The notes below the pieces were generated by a model, which did no database searches, was not told where the DNA came from, and was given only the letters and a program-made list of their open reading frames with translations. Shown in pieces: positions 11,038 to 31,148 of a DNA stretch of 64,000 nt (positions are counted from its first letter, which is position 1; every line of letters starts with the position of its first letter). This DNA is from Utricularia gibba (Eukaryota > Plantae > Magnoliophyta): contig NEEC01000017.1 of assembly GCA_002189035.1 (NCBI GenBank), positions 1,736,001-1,800,000 on the forward strand. The letters run 5' to 3'. A program made the position numbers and the translations under genes.

Positions 11038-13677
11038 ATGACGACGCCTCGTTGGCGCGTATCGTTCATATCCTTGTTCGGGGATTCTTTGATCCTGCAA
11101 AGCATGAGCAGCTTCAAGAATCTAAAGCAGGTATATTTTCTCGATGTGTCCACTGATCTTGCATTGAAGTTCCGGACCCTGAGGGCTTAAACCTTGGGCC
11201 ACCCATCTATCCCTTTCTATACCATTGATTGCATTTTCTGATTTACTGCAGAAATTGACTCGAAAGTGGAAAGTATGCTTAGGGATCTTGAAGAAGAAGA
11301 CAACAATGAGAGGCATGCCGCACTGGCCAACATGATCGAGGAGTTCCACAGTCATTACATCACTCTGTACGAACAATACAATCATCTCGCCGAAGTGTTG
11401 AGAAAAGAAGAAGAGGGCAAGCGTGTGAAAAAGGGTTCGTCATCCAGCTCCGATTCATCTGATTCGGATGACACTCTGAAGAAGAAAGGTGCTAAGAATG
11501 TTGAACTTGAGGTTGATCATATGAAGCATGAGCTGGAAACTGCAGTTGCGGAGATTGCTGAATTACAGTTTAAGCTGGCTGCCTCAACGGATGAAAAAGG
11601 AGCATTGCAAAATGAGTATTTAACTATAAGCAAATTAGAGGAAGCACAGAAAGCTGCAACAGAACTAAGCTCTGCAGCAGAGACATTGAATGAGGAGAAA
11701 GGTGGCCTTTCCTTGAGGATTTCCCAGCTTGACGCTGAATTAAATCTGTTGGGTGAGCAACTGGCTGAGAAAGATAGAGAGCTTTTAAATGAGCATGAAA
11801 CCTTCAACTCTTTCAAAGAAGTAGTGAATGAAAAACAGGAGTCGGCAGAAAAGTATATTCATGATCTGAATCAAAAGAAACATGCTGCTGAAGAGGAGAA
11901 CAAGAACCTGGATTTGAAGATTTCAGAGCTTGAGGATGAGATACGAAAGTTGGGAGACAAGATTGAAGACCATGCCAATCAAGTTAGCCATTTGAATGAA
12001 AAGTTAGATGAGAAGGAAAGAGCGCTTTCACTTGAGCAAGAGAAGTTTGCGGCCTATAAGAAGGAAAATAAAAAAGTATTGGAGTCTGCGGAAAAGGAAA
12101 TATATAAATTAAAGCAAGTGGAAAGGACACTTGCATGTCAGCTGGAGATTCATGAGGCCCACAAAGAAGAAACTTCAACTCGCCAGAGGGGTTTGGAACT
12201 AGAACTCTGCTCATCACTCGCTGAAAGGAGAAAATTTGAGGAGAAGAAGACAGAGGAACTTGCTGAACTTCGTCAAAAGCTTTCGGATATGGAAACGCAA
12301 GTGCGTGCGAGGGATCATGAAGCATCTCAATCCCTAATCCAAGTAGAAACTCTGAGAAAAGAGTTGGCAAAGAGAGAAAAGGAGCTAGGTGGGACTGTTG
12401 AAGAAAAGGAGTCTCTTTTTTCACAGCTAGAAGAACTTAAAACGGAGCTTGATTCGACAAGAAACCAAAATAGTGTCTTGGATGAAGAGCTTAAAGGCAA
12501 AACCATAGAAATTTCTGGGCTCTTGCTTCAAATAAAAACTTTAAAGGAAACAGGGGAGAAGAGAACAGCAGAGCAACAGGAAAAGGAAGAAAATCTGGTG
12601 GTGAAATTGAAGGGACTTAATGTGGAGGTTGAGACACTTACCTACCAGATACATGAATTCGAAGAACAGATAAGAAGCAAAGAAGAGGAGATCAGTCATT
12701 TAAAAGAGGAAAATGAAAAGTTCAAAGACGAGGTTTCTCTGAATGAGAAGCTACTGATTGAGAAAGAAAATGAATTCTCCAAGGCCAGAATAGAGTTTGA
12801 GGATGGTGGCAGTAGACACAGTGCCCTCATTTTGGAATTAACCACACAAATAAGTAGTCTCGATGAAGAGCTCAGATTGTCATTGGAAAAGCTAGAAGAG
12901 ATCACTCGATCTCTTCAGAGTGAAACTGATGCAAAAACTGAACTCGAAGCGCATGCCGAAGAATTGAAAAAACATTTGGACTCCAAATCAGATGCAATCA
13001 CCTCACTCGTTGAAAGCTTACGGGACGCACAGGAGAAAGAAATGCAAACCAGCCGAAGGCTGCACGTTGCTGAACGAATGCTAAACGAAAAAGATGAAAG
13101 CTTGATGAGGAAAGAGACGAAGTTGAAGGAAGAACAAAATTTGGCAGCTGTCAAAGTTTCTACATTGACGGAAAGGATCACTGCTTGCAGTGAAGCTCAT
13201 AGGAAAACCACATCAGAGCTGTCACACAAGGTAACTGCGGCATTATCTGAAATGGACGCATTTCACATGAAGGTTGAGGAAGGGTGTGGGCACGTGGACT
13301 CACGTATACACGAACTCAACCAGGAGCTAAAGGCGATGGAAAACTGGATCAACGAGATAAACACCAAGAAGGATCAGATGAAGGCTCAAGAGATGACATT
13401 GAAGGGGAAGATCACAGAGCTGGAAAACGAGTTGCAGAAGGGGGTTCGAGAAAAGACAAGTCTAGTGAAAAGTGTGCAAGAGAGAGATGAGAAGATCAGA
13501 GAGCTGGAGAACAGGATGGCGGAAAAGGAAGTAGGATACGAAAGTCTGAGTGAGGAGAAACGAGAAGCTATAAGACAGCTGTGCATCTGGATCGAGTACC
13601 ACCGCGACCGGTACGATCATCTCAGAAAGGTTGTGGTTAGAGGAGGTAAGAGGAGACGACAGATAGCTACTGCTTAG
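11038..13677 (+). CDS. NAB (NET actin-binding) domain long coiled-coil protein, COP1-interactive protein 1 (CIP1)-like; exons 11038-11130 and 11252-13677; apparent 1-bp frameshift at 11080-11083
   Basis: Repaired N-terminus MTTPRWRVSFISLFGGFFDPAKHEQLQESKAEIDSKVESML...IEEFHSHYITLYEQYNHL, about 800 aa of E/K-rich heptads, and the family C-terminal motif EEKREAIRQLCIWIEYHRDRYDHL. Confidence 0.87.
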
Positions 13678-14377
13678 TATGCTTTTTATCTACTGCCTGC
13701 CATTGTGTGTTATAATATGAGGAGGAAGAAGAAGCCGTACTAGATAGATGGATCAATCAAATTCTTTTCAAGTGTGACTTGTGTTGTCAGTTCCACGATT
13801 GTTTCATTCTCAAAGTATCATCTCATTGTATCATTCTTGACTAATATGGTTTCCATTTTTTTCTCCATTTCCTTTTTTTTTTCTGGAGTCATTCAGAATT
13901 TCAAAATGTGCTAAAAGCTACTTGCTTTTCAAAGAGACAGTGATCATCGGACGCGAATTGATGGGTTTCGACTTTGGAATATTGATGTTTTGGTGATCTT
14001 CTGTTTACGATCTGAAGGGGGTTTCATTTCTGCTGTTTGATTGGCAATTTCAATGGCTTTCGTGCGCTCCTCATTCAAGGTCCTTTCTTTGCTGTTACTT
14101 TTCCAACATGCGTTAACACCCAATTTCGTTCTCATTTACCGTCGGTGTCGGTCCTGTCTTTTTCTGGCATATTCATGTACTGTTCATTTTATTCCCTGCT
14201 TGTGGTAGCAGCAAAAATGCTCTGGATTTGGTCTACCTTGCTTTCTTTATCCAGTTCAGTTGGTCATAAAAATATATTCTTTATTCTGGGTTCGTTTGGT
14301 TGGTCGAAAGGCATGTATATGGTGATTGATGTGCCACTTCCATGCATAAACTTGTGGGCTTCTTCTTCTTCTTCCTC

Positions 14378-17658
<3,281 letters not shown>

Positions 17659-18266
17659 ACCATTCGTCTATTTACAAATTTGCTTTTTCATTCATATATT
17701 AAAAATTAAATTATATTAAAAAATGATTTAAATTATATTTCATTCATGTACTAAATTTAATTATATTGGACGATCTTGCCCCCATGCAAAAACGAATCAC
17801 CTCGCCAATGTCGAATCATGGGATCGGAATGGGATTTCTCCGGTGAAGATGAAGTTGTGCGTGCTTCGTTTTGTATCACAAATTTTGTGAAATGGGTTTA
17901 AGTTGATTTGATGCCCTACCCATTTTCGATTCCAGCATCATCTGTGTCCTCTGCTCCTCCTAGTCTTTTCTGCTGTGAGCTTTACTCCTTGAAGAGAAGA
18001 GAATACTCACAAGGATTACTCGAAACGTGGGTTAAAAGCAAAATTCGCTTTCTGTTCCTAAGCCATTTGCCTCCTCCTTTCCGGGATATGTTCGTTCCAC
18101 TTTTCATTACCATATTCGCATTCTTTCTGGGCGGCCACCGTGATAATGTCTTGGTATGTGACTCCCATCACTGATTTATTCTGTTCAGACTTCTTTTGAT
18201 GCGATAAATAAGGCGTTTGATGTGCTCCTGCCACAACGAAATTCCTGGCTTTTACCTTTCTTTCCC

Positions 18267-21524
<3,258 letters not shown>

Positions 21525-22274
21525 AATGCGCCGACCCCAGTCGTGAGATCCATTGCCTCCAAAAAACCGACACCGGTTCCATCCGGTTCAAGCGGTTCAA
21601 ACAAATAAGACTTAAAATCCAAAATTAATAAAAAAAATATGCTTTATTTTTGTTGTCTATTCTCTAATAATAAATAAAAATCATCCTCATGATAAATCAA
21701 AGTTTTCGTGTCACATATGAGCATATCATTTTGTATTTTATGGATATTCAGGTAACGTATTTCAAATTTAAATACATAATAAATATACACAATACCGCAT
21801 TCGAAATTATTGTTCTTTGATTGGTGTATGTTATGTTGCTCCCATTCTTGATGTAAGAAGGTTCACAAGTGATACTAATATAACAGAAGTGTATTTGTGC
21901 ATCAGACATGTAGAAATCTGCAGCAACTCATTTCAAACTACTGCTACTACTCACATGTAGCTGTGATTGAATGGACAATTTCGAGATACTCACCAACTCA
22001 GGTGAGTGGTGCCCGGAAACGAAAAGTATCGCATTTATAGGACAAACTACCAGGTGCTCATGTCTCTAACTTGAAAGGAGGGGAAGGAGCCACTTACAGC
22101 TGAAGAGATCAGTATGGCAGAGGAGTGCAAGGCGGGCCTGAACTGAGAGCAACTTAGGGAGGCTTTCCTTTGAGCAGAAGCATAAATTGCCCGAGAAGAA
22201 ACACTTGATAAATATCTGGAACCGCATCATGTCTGTCAGAATATGGCGTTGGCTAGTGATGTTTAGCCAGTGCT

Positions 22275-23717
22275 TCATTCTTTCTGCTTAAGAGAAAGTT
22301 TTGCTAGTTGTTGGTCAAGATCTCTACTTGGGGTTCGTCTGTGGCCAGAGGGTGGCTGCTGCGGCAGCAAAAGTAGTGTCTGATAAAGGGTTCGCAGCCT
22401 AGCCGCTTCTCTTTCCAGCATATCATGCTCCACTAAACGACATTCAGCATCATAATTAGGCTTGGAAGTAGAAATTAGAGCATCACGGATAAACTTTAAA
22501 AATAGATGGAGGCAAAAGCAAACAACTTCCAAGTAAAAACGTTGGTATCAGCTTCCTAATTTTCTTGAGTACAGCCTTGAAGGTAGAGCCAGCGGAATGA
22601 AGAGATGATACGCAAGGTACTTACAGCATTTTATAAGCTGCTCTTGGGATAAGCTTTCCAACCGTTGTTTTAGTGCTTTATTTTCCATGCTCAGTATCAG
22701 ATTTTGCTGGTTGAGGAATTCAATTTCTGCAGAAACTTCAGATCCCTCAGCCTGGAATGTTTAACAAGAAACTTAAGGTTATGAGGTGGATTGATTGCAT
22801 GAAGGATTGAAATGCCTGCCATCTTTTCATTCATACAAGACCTTACATGTAGGGCTTGAACATTTCTCTCAAGTTCAGCTATGTATTGAAGTTTCCGGAC
22901 CCGTGACCTTTGGGCATACTGCCTGCAATCAGTTCCAAGTTAGTTTCAAAAAATAATCAATGATGTCAATCAATGTGAATGGAAGTTGCAGGAGCATAAT
23001 ATACTGTTTGGCACGTCGTGTATCTGGTTCTGGGACTGCAGACTTGACATGAGAAGATTCCGTTTGTTGAAAAGATGCATCTGAATCCCGATCCCCAGAT
23101 TCGACATGATTTTGATTTTCAACCAGTGCAAATTGATATGCATCCGCATCTTGAGGGATGGAAACAGTTTCACTAGTTGGCATGATAGCAGTCTCCCTAG
23201 GAGAAGCAAGTTGAGGTGACATTGAACTCTGAGCTGCATCCCAAGGCCTGTTCTTGATTTTTGCGAAATGGTTTGTATCAGCAGAAAATAAGCTATGGTT
23301 TGTGTGTCCACCAATGCCTAAGACTTTAGATCCCCATATAGATACCTCACTTATATCTCTGGACTTGCTATCATCTTGCGATGTATGTTTCATTTTTTCA
23401 GCAGCAGATGTGTCAAAATATGGTAGAGAATCACTAGAAGACCGCCGGTGACCTCTCCGAACAGGTGTATCTGGCTCATCAAGAAGGTCATTGAGCCAAG
23501 AAGGTGTTTCCTCTGTCAAGATACTCTCAGAGGAAGTACGTTGATGCAAGTTTCCTTCAACGGGTTTTCTAGGAGCACCTCGACAGATTGCAGAGACTGG
23601 AATATAGTCTGAAAATGACGAGGGGACACCAGAGAATGGAATTTTAGGAGGCAGCAACGAACCCTTTCCTTTATACACCATACTTTTAACGGTAGATGGT
23701 CCCTTTGAGTTTTCCAT
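22275..23717 (-). CDS. bZIP transcription factor (At4g06598/bZIP34-61-like); 4 coding exons
   Basis: Motifs LLPPKIPF, HQRTSSES, WLNDLLDEP and GHRRSSSDS; the spliced basic region and zipper read [61 protein letters not shown]. Confidence 0.88.
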
Positions 23718-24283
23718 GGCTAACAACGCCAGTTTCTGCAATCCAAATCAGATACATTTACATTAATAGAACAAATTTTGAATCCAGACATTCTTGCAAA
23801 CTAAACAATACTACTTACAAACATAGGATAACTAAAATAGACATAACAGGGCAAACATTATCTGAGTAAACAACTCAAGTCTCTGTCAAATTGGCTACTT
23901 TCAAAAAAGTTCACTTGTGTTCTATCAATTTTACAATGAAAATCACCAACTTCTCGCAGAAAAGTAAACAATGCATGGCAGTTTTAGTACTGCTCAGTGA
24001 GAAGAAAACTAGCCATCACTCCAATAAACACTGCAAAGGCGCCACTACATTGACCTCATCCTGATCACCTAACGCAATTCAAGACCTCCAATTCCCATCA
24101 CTCCCTAACCCCACCCCAAATACAAGAACACAAAAGAGATATCTTCTTGCATCCCACAACTCCAAAAAATGCCCCAAGACCTCTAATCAACACGAAATAC
24201 GAAAACAGCAACAAAACCCATCAAAACGCAATGCAATCGGTCGCCCAACAACAAAAAGATTCAAAAATACAAAAAACAAAAAG

Positions 24284-24302
24284 ACACACACACACACACA
24301 CA
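24284..24302. repeat. (AC)n microsatellite in the bZIP leader/intron region
   Basis: A run of about 9 AC units, read directly. Confidence 0.9.
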
Positions 24303-25169
24303 GGAAGATTACCGAACGCTAACCTTCGAAATAGGTGGGAATCACAACCGCCAAGGTATACAAAGAACTTCAAGAAAGAGAAGGAATCGAAATCCAAAGA
24401 GAATCACCCTCAGCGGAAGGCAGCACATATGATTGAAATCCAATTCCAGGAATTTCTCTTTCGGCTCAACTTTCACGCAGCTGGCGCCTCCCACCACGAA
24501 AATAACAGCAGTAGAAATATTTAGTTACACAATTAAAACCAACGAAATCAGATCAGAAAACGAAAATTCATCATTTATAGGCCCAGCCAAGCACAGATGC
24601 ATACACCCACATGGAGATCATTTCGCAATTACCCTAAACTTCAGGGACTCAAATGAACAACCCCTGTAAATAAAATAACCCAGCTGTATTCTATTAAACA
24701 TGCCATTGGCACCCAGAAGATTCCATTTTTTGCAATTGTAGACTACATATACCACCCCCAAAACTATTAAAATATAAATATTTGACCCCAAAAGATTCTC
24801 TTTATTACATCATGCATGATGTCTCAATTCAAACGAATATCAATTTATTTAATGATGTAATTTGGATTTCTTTTATTCTAATTCTAAAAAATAATTTTTA
24901 AAAAATATTTCTAAATTTTACTCTTAATTGAAGTTGTTTGTATTTGTGTAAATTATTTGACTATAATTTTCATGAAATAATAAACGTTTCTAAATTTTTA
25001 CTGTCTTCATAATAGAAGTTGATTAAAAAAGCTATTTTTGGAAATTGTTTTAAATAGAATATATATATATATTTTAATTATAAGGATATTTTTCAATAAT
25101 TATATTTCCGTTTGTTATAGTTTGGGCCCAGTGAATAACCGTTCCGGCCCATACTCATGGGATGTAATT

Positions 25170-26650
25170 TCAAGAGGAACCAATGAGATTCTTCCATCTG
25201 GCATAGCCAAAGACAAGGGCCCCACACACGACAGAGATCGAGGTCATGATTGCATTGGCTTGTCCGAAGATCCCGTTCACGTTGTTGAGAATGAACGGAA
25301 TGTTCACCCCAAAGAAGCCCACGAGCAGAGTGTTGACGGCCACGGCGAAGGTCCCGATCACCAGCGCCAGCTGAAGTTGAATCAGCAGGTTCCTTTTGTT
25401 GTCCAGTTGGATGTTCACGTAGTCCTCTGTGTCGTTGATGTACTCGCGCACCTGCGGAGGAGCAGCCACGCAGAGGGAATGACGGAGTTCTGAGATGGAA
25501 TGGTGGAGAAGCCAACACCTTACCGAGAGGATTTTGTTGCGGGTGGAGTCCAGCTGCATGAAATAGGCCTCCAGCAGCGCTTCCAGCTCCTCAACTTTGT
25601 AGCTTTTCCGGCCGAGCCGACGAGCCTCATTGCTCCGCTTGGAAGAATCCGCCTGTTGCATCAGGATCTGCTTTCTTGTCACGTACAGTTCGTTCATGTG
25701 CTCATCGTTGTCCAAAAGATGCTCAATTTCATCTCTCACCTGTACTTGAAACTGTTAGAATACCCACAATACGATTCTGCTCAAATGCATCAGTCATCAC
25801 AGCACTGTGTTGCCTTGGGGTGAAGAATGGTGTGATGGATGATACCTTTTGCACCCGGGAGAGCAAAATTGTGAGGTTGCTCTTCAAGCTTCGAACATAC
25901 TCGAGGTTCTTGGTGCTAACATTTCTACCCAATTCATCCAAAGCGGGATACGCATCTCTTTCGAGCTCGGAAACATTGGAGTCCAAGTACGAGCACACCA
26001 CTTCTAAGGCTATTTCCAATACTTGGAACTCGAAAGGGAGCTGGTCGTCCAAATCATCGAGGTCGGCAACTTGCTTGCGCCTCGCCGGAGTCGAGAAATT
26101 GCCGTCTTGGGTGACTGGCTCGAGCAGTCTCCGATGCGGCAGTTGTCTCCCTAGCTTATGAACAAAAGGGAGTACCTCTTGTTGCAGGGGATCAAGCAGC
26201 AGTACTTCTTCTGTAGTTATTACTGCTCTGAGGAACTCCAAGTTCACAAGTATGGCTTTCTCCCTCGCTGACAAATGGACAGGCAAAGAGCTTGGAACAG
26301 GTTTTTCGAATCCGAGATGCGCAAAAAGATAACTTTTACAATTGATCAGCGGTAGAAAAAGACAAAGTTCAGAAGTTACCGTGTATGTTAGTGGACTGTG
26401 AGAATATGGGTCCAAGGACCCTCAAATCCCGAGCTGGTATGGAGGCAAGATTGATGATCACCCGCTTCTCGCATTCGATCAGCTCAGATTGCCCGTAGCG
26501 ATCCATCCTCATCCACAGGCGAGCACCAACAGCTTTCATCTTCATGGCCGCCTTGCTCGATGCTGGTATCCCGATCGCCAGCCGGGGCGTCGACACCGGT
26601 GGCTCGGAACTGGCATCCTTCTTTCGTGGTCGATGAGCGAATCTGGCCAT
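25170..26650 (-). CDS. MRS2-4: MRS2/MGT (CorA-family) magnesium transporter, MRS2-4/MGT6-like, with GVN instead of GMN; 4 exons
   Basis: GARLWMRMD, PARDLRVLGP, AREKAILVNLE, LPFEFQVLEIALE, REYINDTEDYVNIQLD, two C-terminal TM helices and YARWKNLIGS. Introns 26380-26268, 25845-25740 and 25523-25452. Confidence 0.9.
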
Positions 26651-27224
26651 GCTCCTGCTACCCGGACCCAAACGCAGGAATGCGGAAGTTCAACCGAAGT
26701 TGGGAAACTAAAAGAAGGGCATGCTTCCTTCACTAGTAGCACCCCATTTGTCAAACCACTTCATTATGCCTTTTACTTTCAAGCGAAAACAATAAATATA
26801 CATTAAATGGAACAGCAGCACGGCATGATATCAATCTTTTTTTATGGAAAAAGAATACATTTTTCCTTTTCTCGGTAGGCCATAGATCTGGTTGTTGAAT
26901 GGCAACGAGATGGCGTAGGCAATTTCAATACAGGGAGTGGGTAAGCCAAGAGAAAGGAGACACGGATCAAACCAGAAGTCAATGATGACCATGTTAGATT
27001 CATATCAGATGCCACTGCAACATGGTCAAATTACAATGGTCGCAGAGGGGCGGGCGCATTTTTATTGTGAAAGCAATATCCATAAAGATACAAAACCTAG
27101 CAATCAGTCGAGTAGGGACATTCGACTGCAGGTTGAATCGGTGAACTAAAGCATGCATCATCTACCACCTACCAAGGAAAACATTTGGTGTGTGCAAATC
27201 CAGTAATTCTAAAATCAACTTTAC

Positions 27225-28238
27225 TTATCTGCCTTCATGATTCATTCCCCTGCGCCTTCTTCGCCTCCTGGAGCGACCCAGAAAGGCCCTACCTTGGCGT
27301 CGGAGGCGGCTGGCCAGGGATGTACCGTGGCTCTGGCCATTGTTAGCGTTTTCATCTTCTGATTCATCTTGTCCAAAGGAATCAAAGGCATCCATTGATC
27401 CCTCCTGATTCCATACTGCCATGCTATATGCGTTATTACTGGTATCCAGTTCAGTCCGCCTGTTACCTCCGTGTGGTCTGGGATTACCAGCAGATCCAAA
27501 TGCCTGAAGGAAAAGAAACACAGACATCAAACTACGGTCAATGCCCATGTCTGCTCCCTCATTCTGTGAATCTGCATCAACCCCAACATCATCGGAGTCC
27601 ATGGCATACCCTCCTTCAATCACATAATCACCAAAGAACACAGCTCCTGGAGTTGATGACCTTATAGTGCTCATTATGTCATCCCTCTCCCGATCACGCT
27701 CTAGCCGGCTCCACTTCTGTTCCAGTGATGGATCCACTTCTCGTGGCTTAGCAGAAGGGTGTTGCATCTTCATATGCTTCCTCAGCTCCTGATAAGTTCC
27801 AGAGAACGAGCAATTTTCTTGCTCACAGCTTCGCTTCTTAGCATCTAGATATTGCCTTGCTGCATCCACCACAGTCCAGCCCTTGACCTGACCACGGCAA
27901 AGAGGACACGCAAGTTTTGCAGCCTCGCCCTGACAATCTGAAGATTCATGAGCTGTGACTTTGGTGTATGCCTTCCTGTACATATCAAGGCAATTTGAAT
28001 AGCGGAAGCTAGTGCCACACATGTAGGGGCGGCAGCCTTTCTCATGTGAAGAGCACAGGAGAAGAACAGCATTGTGAGGAAATTCCATGCACACCGAACA
28101 CGTAGCATCTTCCCAGTCTTTCTTCTCAACGATTTTGGTGTGTTTCTTTCCCACAGATGTGCATGATGGCATGGGATATGGTGTCGGCCTGCATTGGCGC
28201 GAAGCAATGCCACGTCTTCCTCTGTTAGTCTTTGCCAT
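27225..28238 (-). CDS. DUF1644 domain protein (RING-like Cys-rich), single coding exon
   Basis: WEDATCSVCMEFPHNAVLLLCSSHEKGCRPYMCGTSFRYSNCLD and LACPLCRGQVKGWTVV...KRSCEQENCSFSGTYQELRKH. Confidence 0.9.
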   Translation of the reverse strand: MAKTNRGRRGIASRQCRPTPYPMPSCTSVGKKHTKIVEKKDWEDATCSVCMEFPHNAVLLLCSSHEKGCRPYMCGTSFRYSNCLDMYRKAYTKVTAHESSDCQGEAAKLACPLCRGQVKGWTVVDAARQYLDAKKRSCEQENCSFSGTYQELRKHMKMQHPSAKPREVDPSLEQKWSRLERDRERDDIMSTIRSSTPGAVFFGDYVIEGGYAMDSDDVGVDADSQNEGADMGIDRSLMSVFLFLQAFGSAGNPRPHGGNRRTELDTSNNAYSMAVWNQEGSMDAFDSFGQDESEDENANNGQSHGTSLASRLRRQGRAFLGRSRRRRRRRGMNHEGR

Positions 28239-29243
28239 TTCTGAAAAATTTGAAAGCAATTAACATAAACAACATAAAGTTCTTACACAGGAAAATATTT
28301 TTCCAACTTCACAGAATAATCATAACTCTGGAATTGGAAATTTTCAACTATGCCCAAATGCAATTCATTATCATCAGGACATGTTCAACTCAAATAACAA
28401 AAATTGTTATCTTGGCTTTCAACTTCACCCGAAGCACAAGTGACAAAACACGAAATCACCCACATCCAATACTCAGAATCGAAAATTTGGCATTTCAAGC
28501 AGCCCCATCTAATCAGCACACAGATCTACGACAATCTGCTTCTACAATCCCGGATCAGAACCCAAAAAAAAAAGCATTAAAATGCATAAGACCATAACAA
28601 AATAGGACGGGGCAGAAACCCACAAGCTTATTATCTCTGTGCTTCAAGACTTACTTCTAGATCTACGATTAATTGAGCGTAGAAAACCCACAGTCCGGAA
28701 ACAGTAACCATGAAAATAAGAACCCAGAATCAAAATTCACAACTTGACAGATGGACAGAATCACACAAGGCTGAAGATCCAAACCTTAACCCACACATAA
28801 TCACACAGAGTTGAATCTCAAGTAAATAAATCCAAATCCAAAAAATCCATGATCGATAGGTTGAAAAACCATCAATGATTCGACATTAGAATCGTAAAAC
28901 GATAGGGGTCAAAAGTGATGCGCGCAATAAAAGGTTTCACCTTCGATCAGACAAGATCCTTCAATCGACCAAACATTTCACCAAATTTCAGGAAAATAAA
29001 CTAGGCGCAAGAATGCACCGCTTACCAGCGACTTCGGTGAGAAATCCAGAGACGTGGGGAGAGAAATTAATGGCCCCAAAAGCAGATGAAGCCCAGGGGA
29101 GAAGGTACGGAGCGGTGAAGGAACCAGAAAAGCTGCTAATTTCAATGGGGCACGAAATCCAAACACACGCATAGAATAAACAGAAAAATTTATTAAATTA
29201 TATTTCAGAATTTCAATATTTTAATTATGAAATTAATTTTTAA

Positions 29244-29315
29244 TTCCATTTAATTAAAGATATAATCCATTATATTAATTTCCATTTAATTAAATATATA
29301 ATTCATTATATTAAT
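29244..29315. repeat. Two near-identical 36-bp AT-rich tandem units in the DUF1644/CSN8 divergent promoter
   Basis: ttccatttaattaaagatataatccattatattaat followed by ttccatttaattaaatatataattcattatattaat (2 mismatches). Confidence 0.75.
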
Positions 29316-29504
29316 TTTATTTAATGACGATAATGAAAATATTTTATATCAAATGGCATTAATTAGATATTATTTTTGATAAATTGTATAAAATTAAATA
29401 TGTAAAATAAACTATTTTAATTATATCTTTATAAAGCATGTGGTGGAATGCAAAAGAAAATTAAAAAATCTGTAGACGGAGGCGCTGGGCAAGTGACGCC
29501 GTCG

Positions 29505-31148
29505 ATGGAATTCCCGGCATTGAACGAGGCGCTGGCCTCCAAATCCTACGATAAGATTGCGGAAGTATGCGACACTCTGATGCTTCAGGTCCTCAGTTCG
29601 ATCTTCCTCTCCTTCTTTAAGCTTTGCTCATCTATACATGCTGTTCATTGCCCCGTGAACCCTAATTTGTTTCTGCTTGTAATCTTTTGCAGGCTGCATC
29701 TGAGGGCGTTGCGGTTCAAGATGAGTGGCTCTACGCAGTTCATCTTCTCGGCTACATTTACGTTAATGACATGTGATTTTCTTTTTTCTGTCTTTTTTAG
29801 AGGGGGGATTTATGATCATGGATGGCTCTTGAAATACGTTGGTTGATTGGTTTCTATGTTGTTGATAGTTCTAATTTTTTTTCTTTGTTGGGTTTGCAGT
29901 AATAGTGCTAGGTTTCTGTGGAAGAAGGTACCGTTGGTGGTGAAGGAGAACCAGCCGGAGGTAACTGCGGCTTGGAAGATTGGTCAGAAGTTGTGGGTGA
30001 AGGATTATGGTGGTGTTCATGAGGCTATTTCCGAGTTTAACTGGAGCTCTGAGGTTCAGGGACTTGTTACAGCCATTTCTGGTGAGATCACTGTTGGTTT
30101 TTTTTTTCTGGTAAATATGACTACTATCATGAAAGGATCTCACTTCTCGAACGTGGCATGCATATTTACTAGCACGTAAAGGAAATTGCACTTAGAACAA
30201 CCACCGGTGCATACGTTGTCTTTTTTTCCCTTCAGTCAAATGTCTGCATAACCGCCAAAAAAATGCGTTAGGTGGCTAACTTGAGGTTTAGCTAAATCCA
30301 TTTGCTGTAAAAGTAGTCTTTGCTCTGGTTTCAGGTCTAACATTTTCTTTATTATACCTAAGTTTTGCTTGTATACCTTCCATTTCTCTAGCAGCCTGGT
30401 TGATGGTGATTTTTGCTTTGATTTTGTTTTGAAAGTCATGTAATATATGTCCAATAGTGAATGAACGTATTGATGGTGAGGATTGCTGGTTTAAGGTTTC
30501 CTGTTAGGTGTGATTGAGAAAAACAACTACGAATAATTGGCGATATCCTGTTTAGTCTAGCCGTAACAATCCATGGACTGCATGCTTATTGTCTTCTTTC
30601 TCGGTCAATATGCAGAATGCTACACCCGGAAAATGTTTGATTTGTTGCTTTCTGCTTACTCAACAATAAGCATTCAAGACACCGCAATTTTTCTTGGAAT
30701 GAAGGAAAATGATGCCACAAGCTGTAAGCTCGATCCTGCTTTTCTTTCTCAACAGGGTCCATCATGCTTGAGCCTGCTTTTGCGTAGTTGGAAGCTTAAT
30801 CAAACTCTCCTTCTCTCATGTATTTGGCTGGACTTTAAATCTAAGATCCATTTAATGGCAGGATAACTCCCTGAAGTTTGATTATTCACGTAGCCTCGTT
30901 GGCAGTGTTTAATTGCTCATATTTCTCTCGTTCAGTAGAAATTAACGTTGTGTGATAACAGCCACTGTCATTGTGATTCAAGGTTAGCTGTTTATGCTTT
31001 ATCTACAGATGCCTTGAGTCGAGGTTGGACACTAGACTCAACTTCCGGGATGCTCACAGTGAAGAAGCAAGAAGTTGCAGTAGAACAGAAAGTAGATCCC
31101 ACTAAGCTACAGCGGCTGACTGAATACGTCTTTCACCTGGAACACTAA
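29505..31148 (+). CDS. CSN8: COP9 signalosome subunit 8; 5 exons
   Basis: The spliced product runs MEFPALNEALASKSYDKIAEVCDTLMLQ...SARFLWKKVP...KVDPTKLQRLTEYVFHLEH, matching the CSN8/COP9 C-terminus. Confidence 0.93.

Noticed and set aside
24147-24669. Plus-strand ORFs of 125 and 78 aa upstream of the bZIP
   Set aside because: Low-complexity A/C-rich antisense reads of the bZIP's T/G-rich leader and intron.
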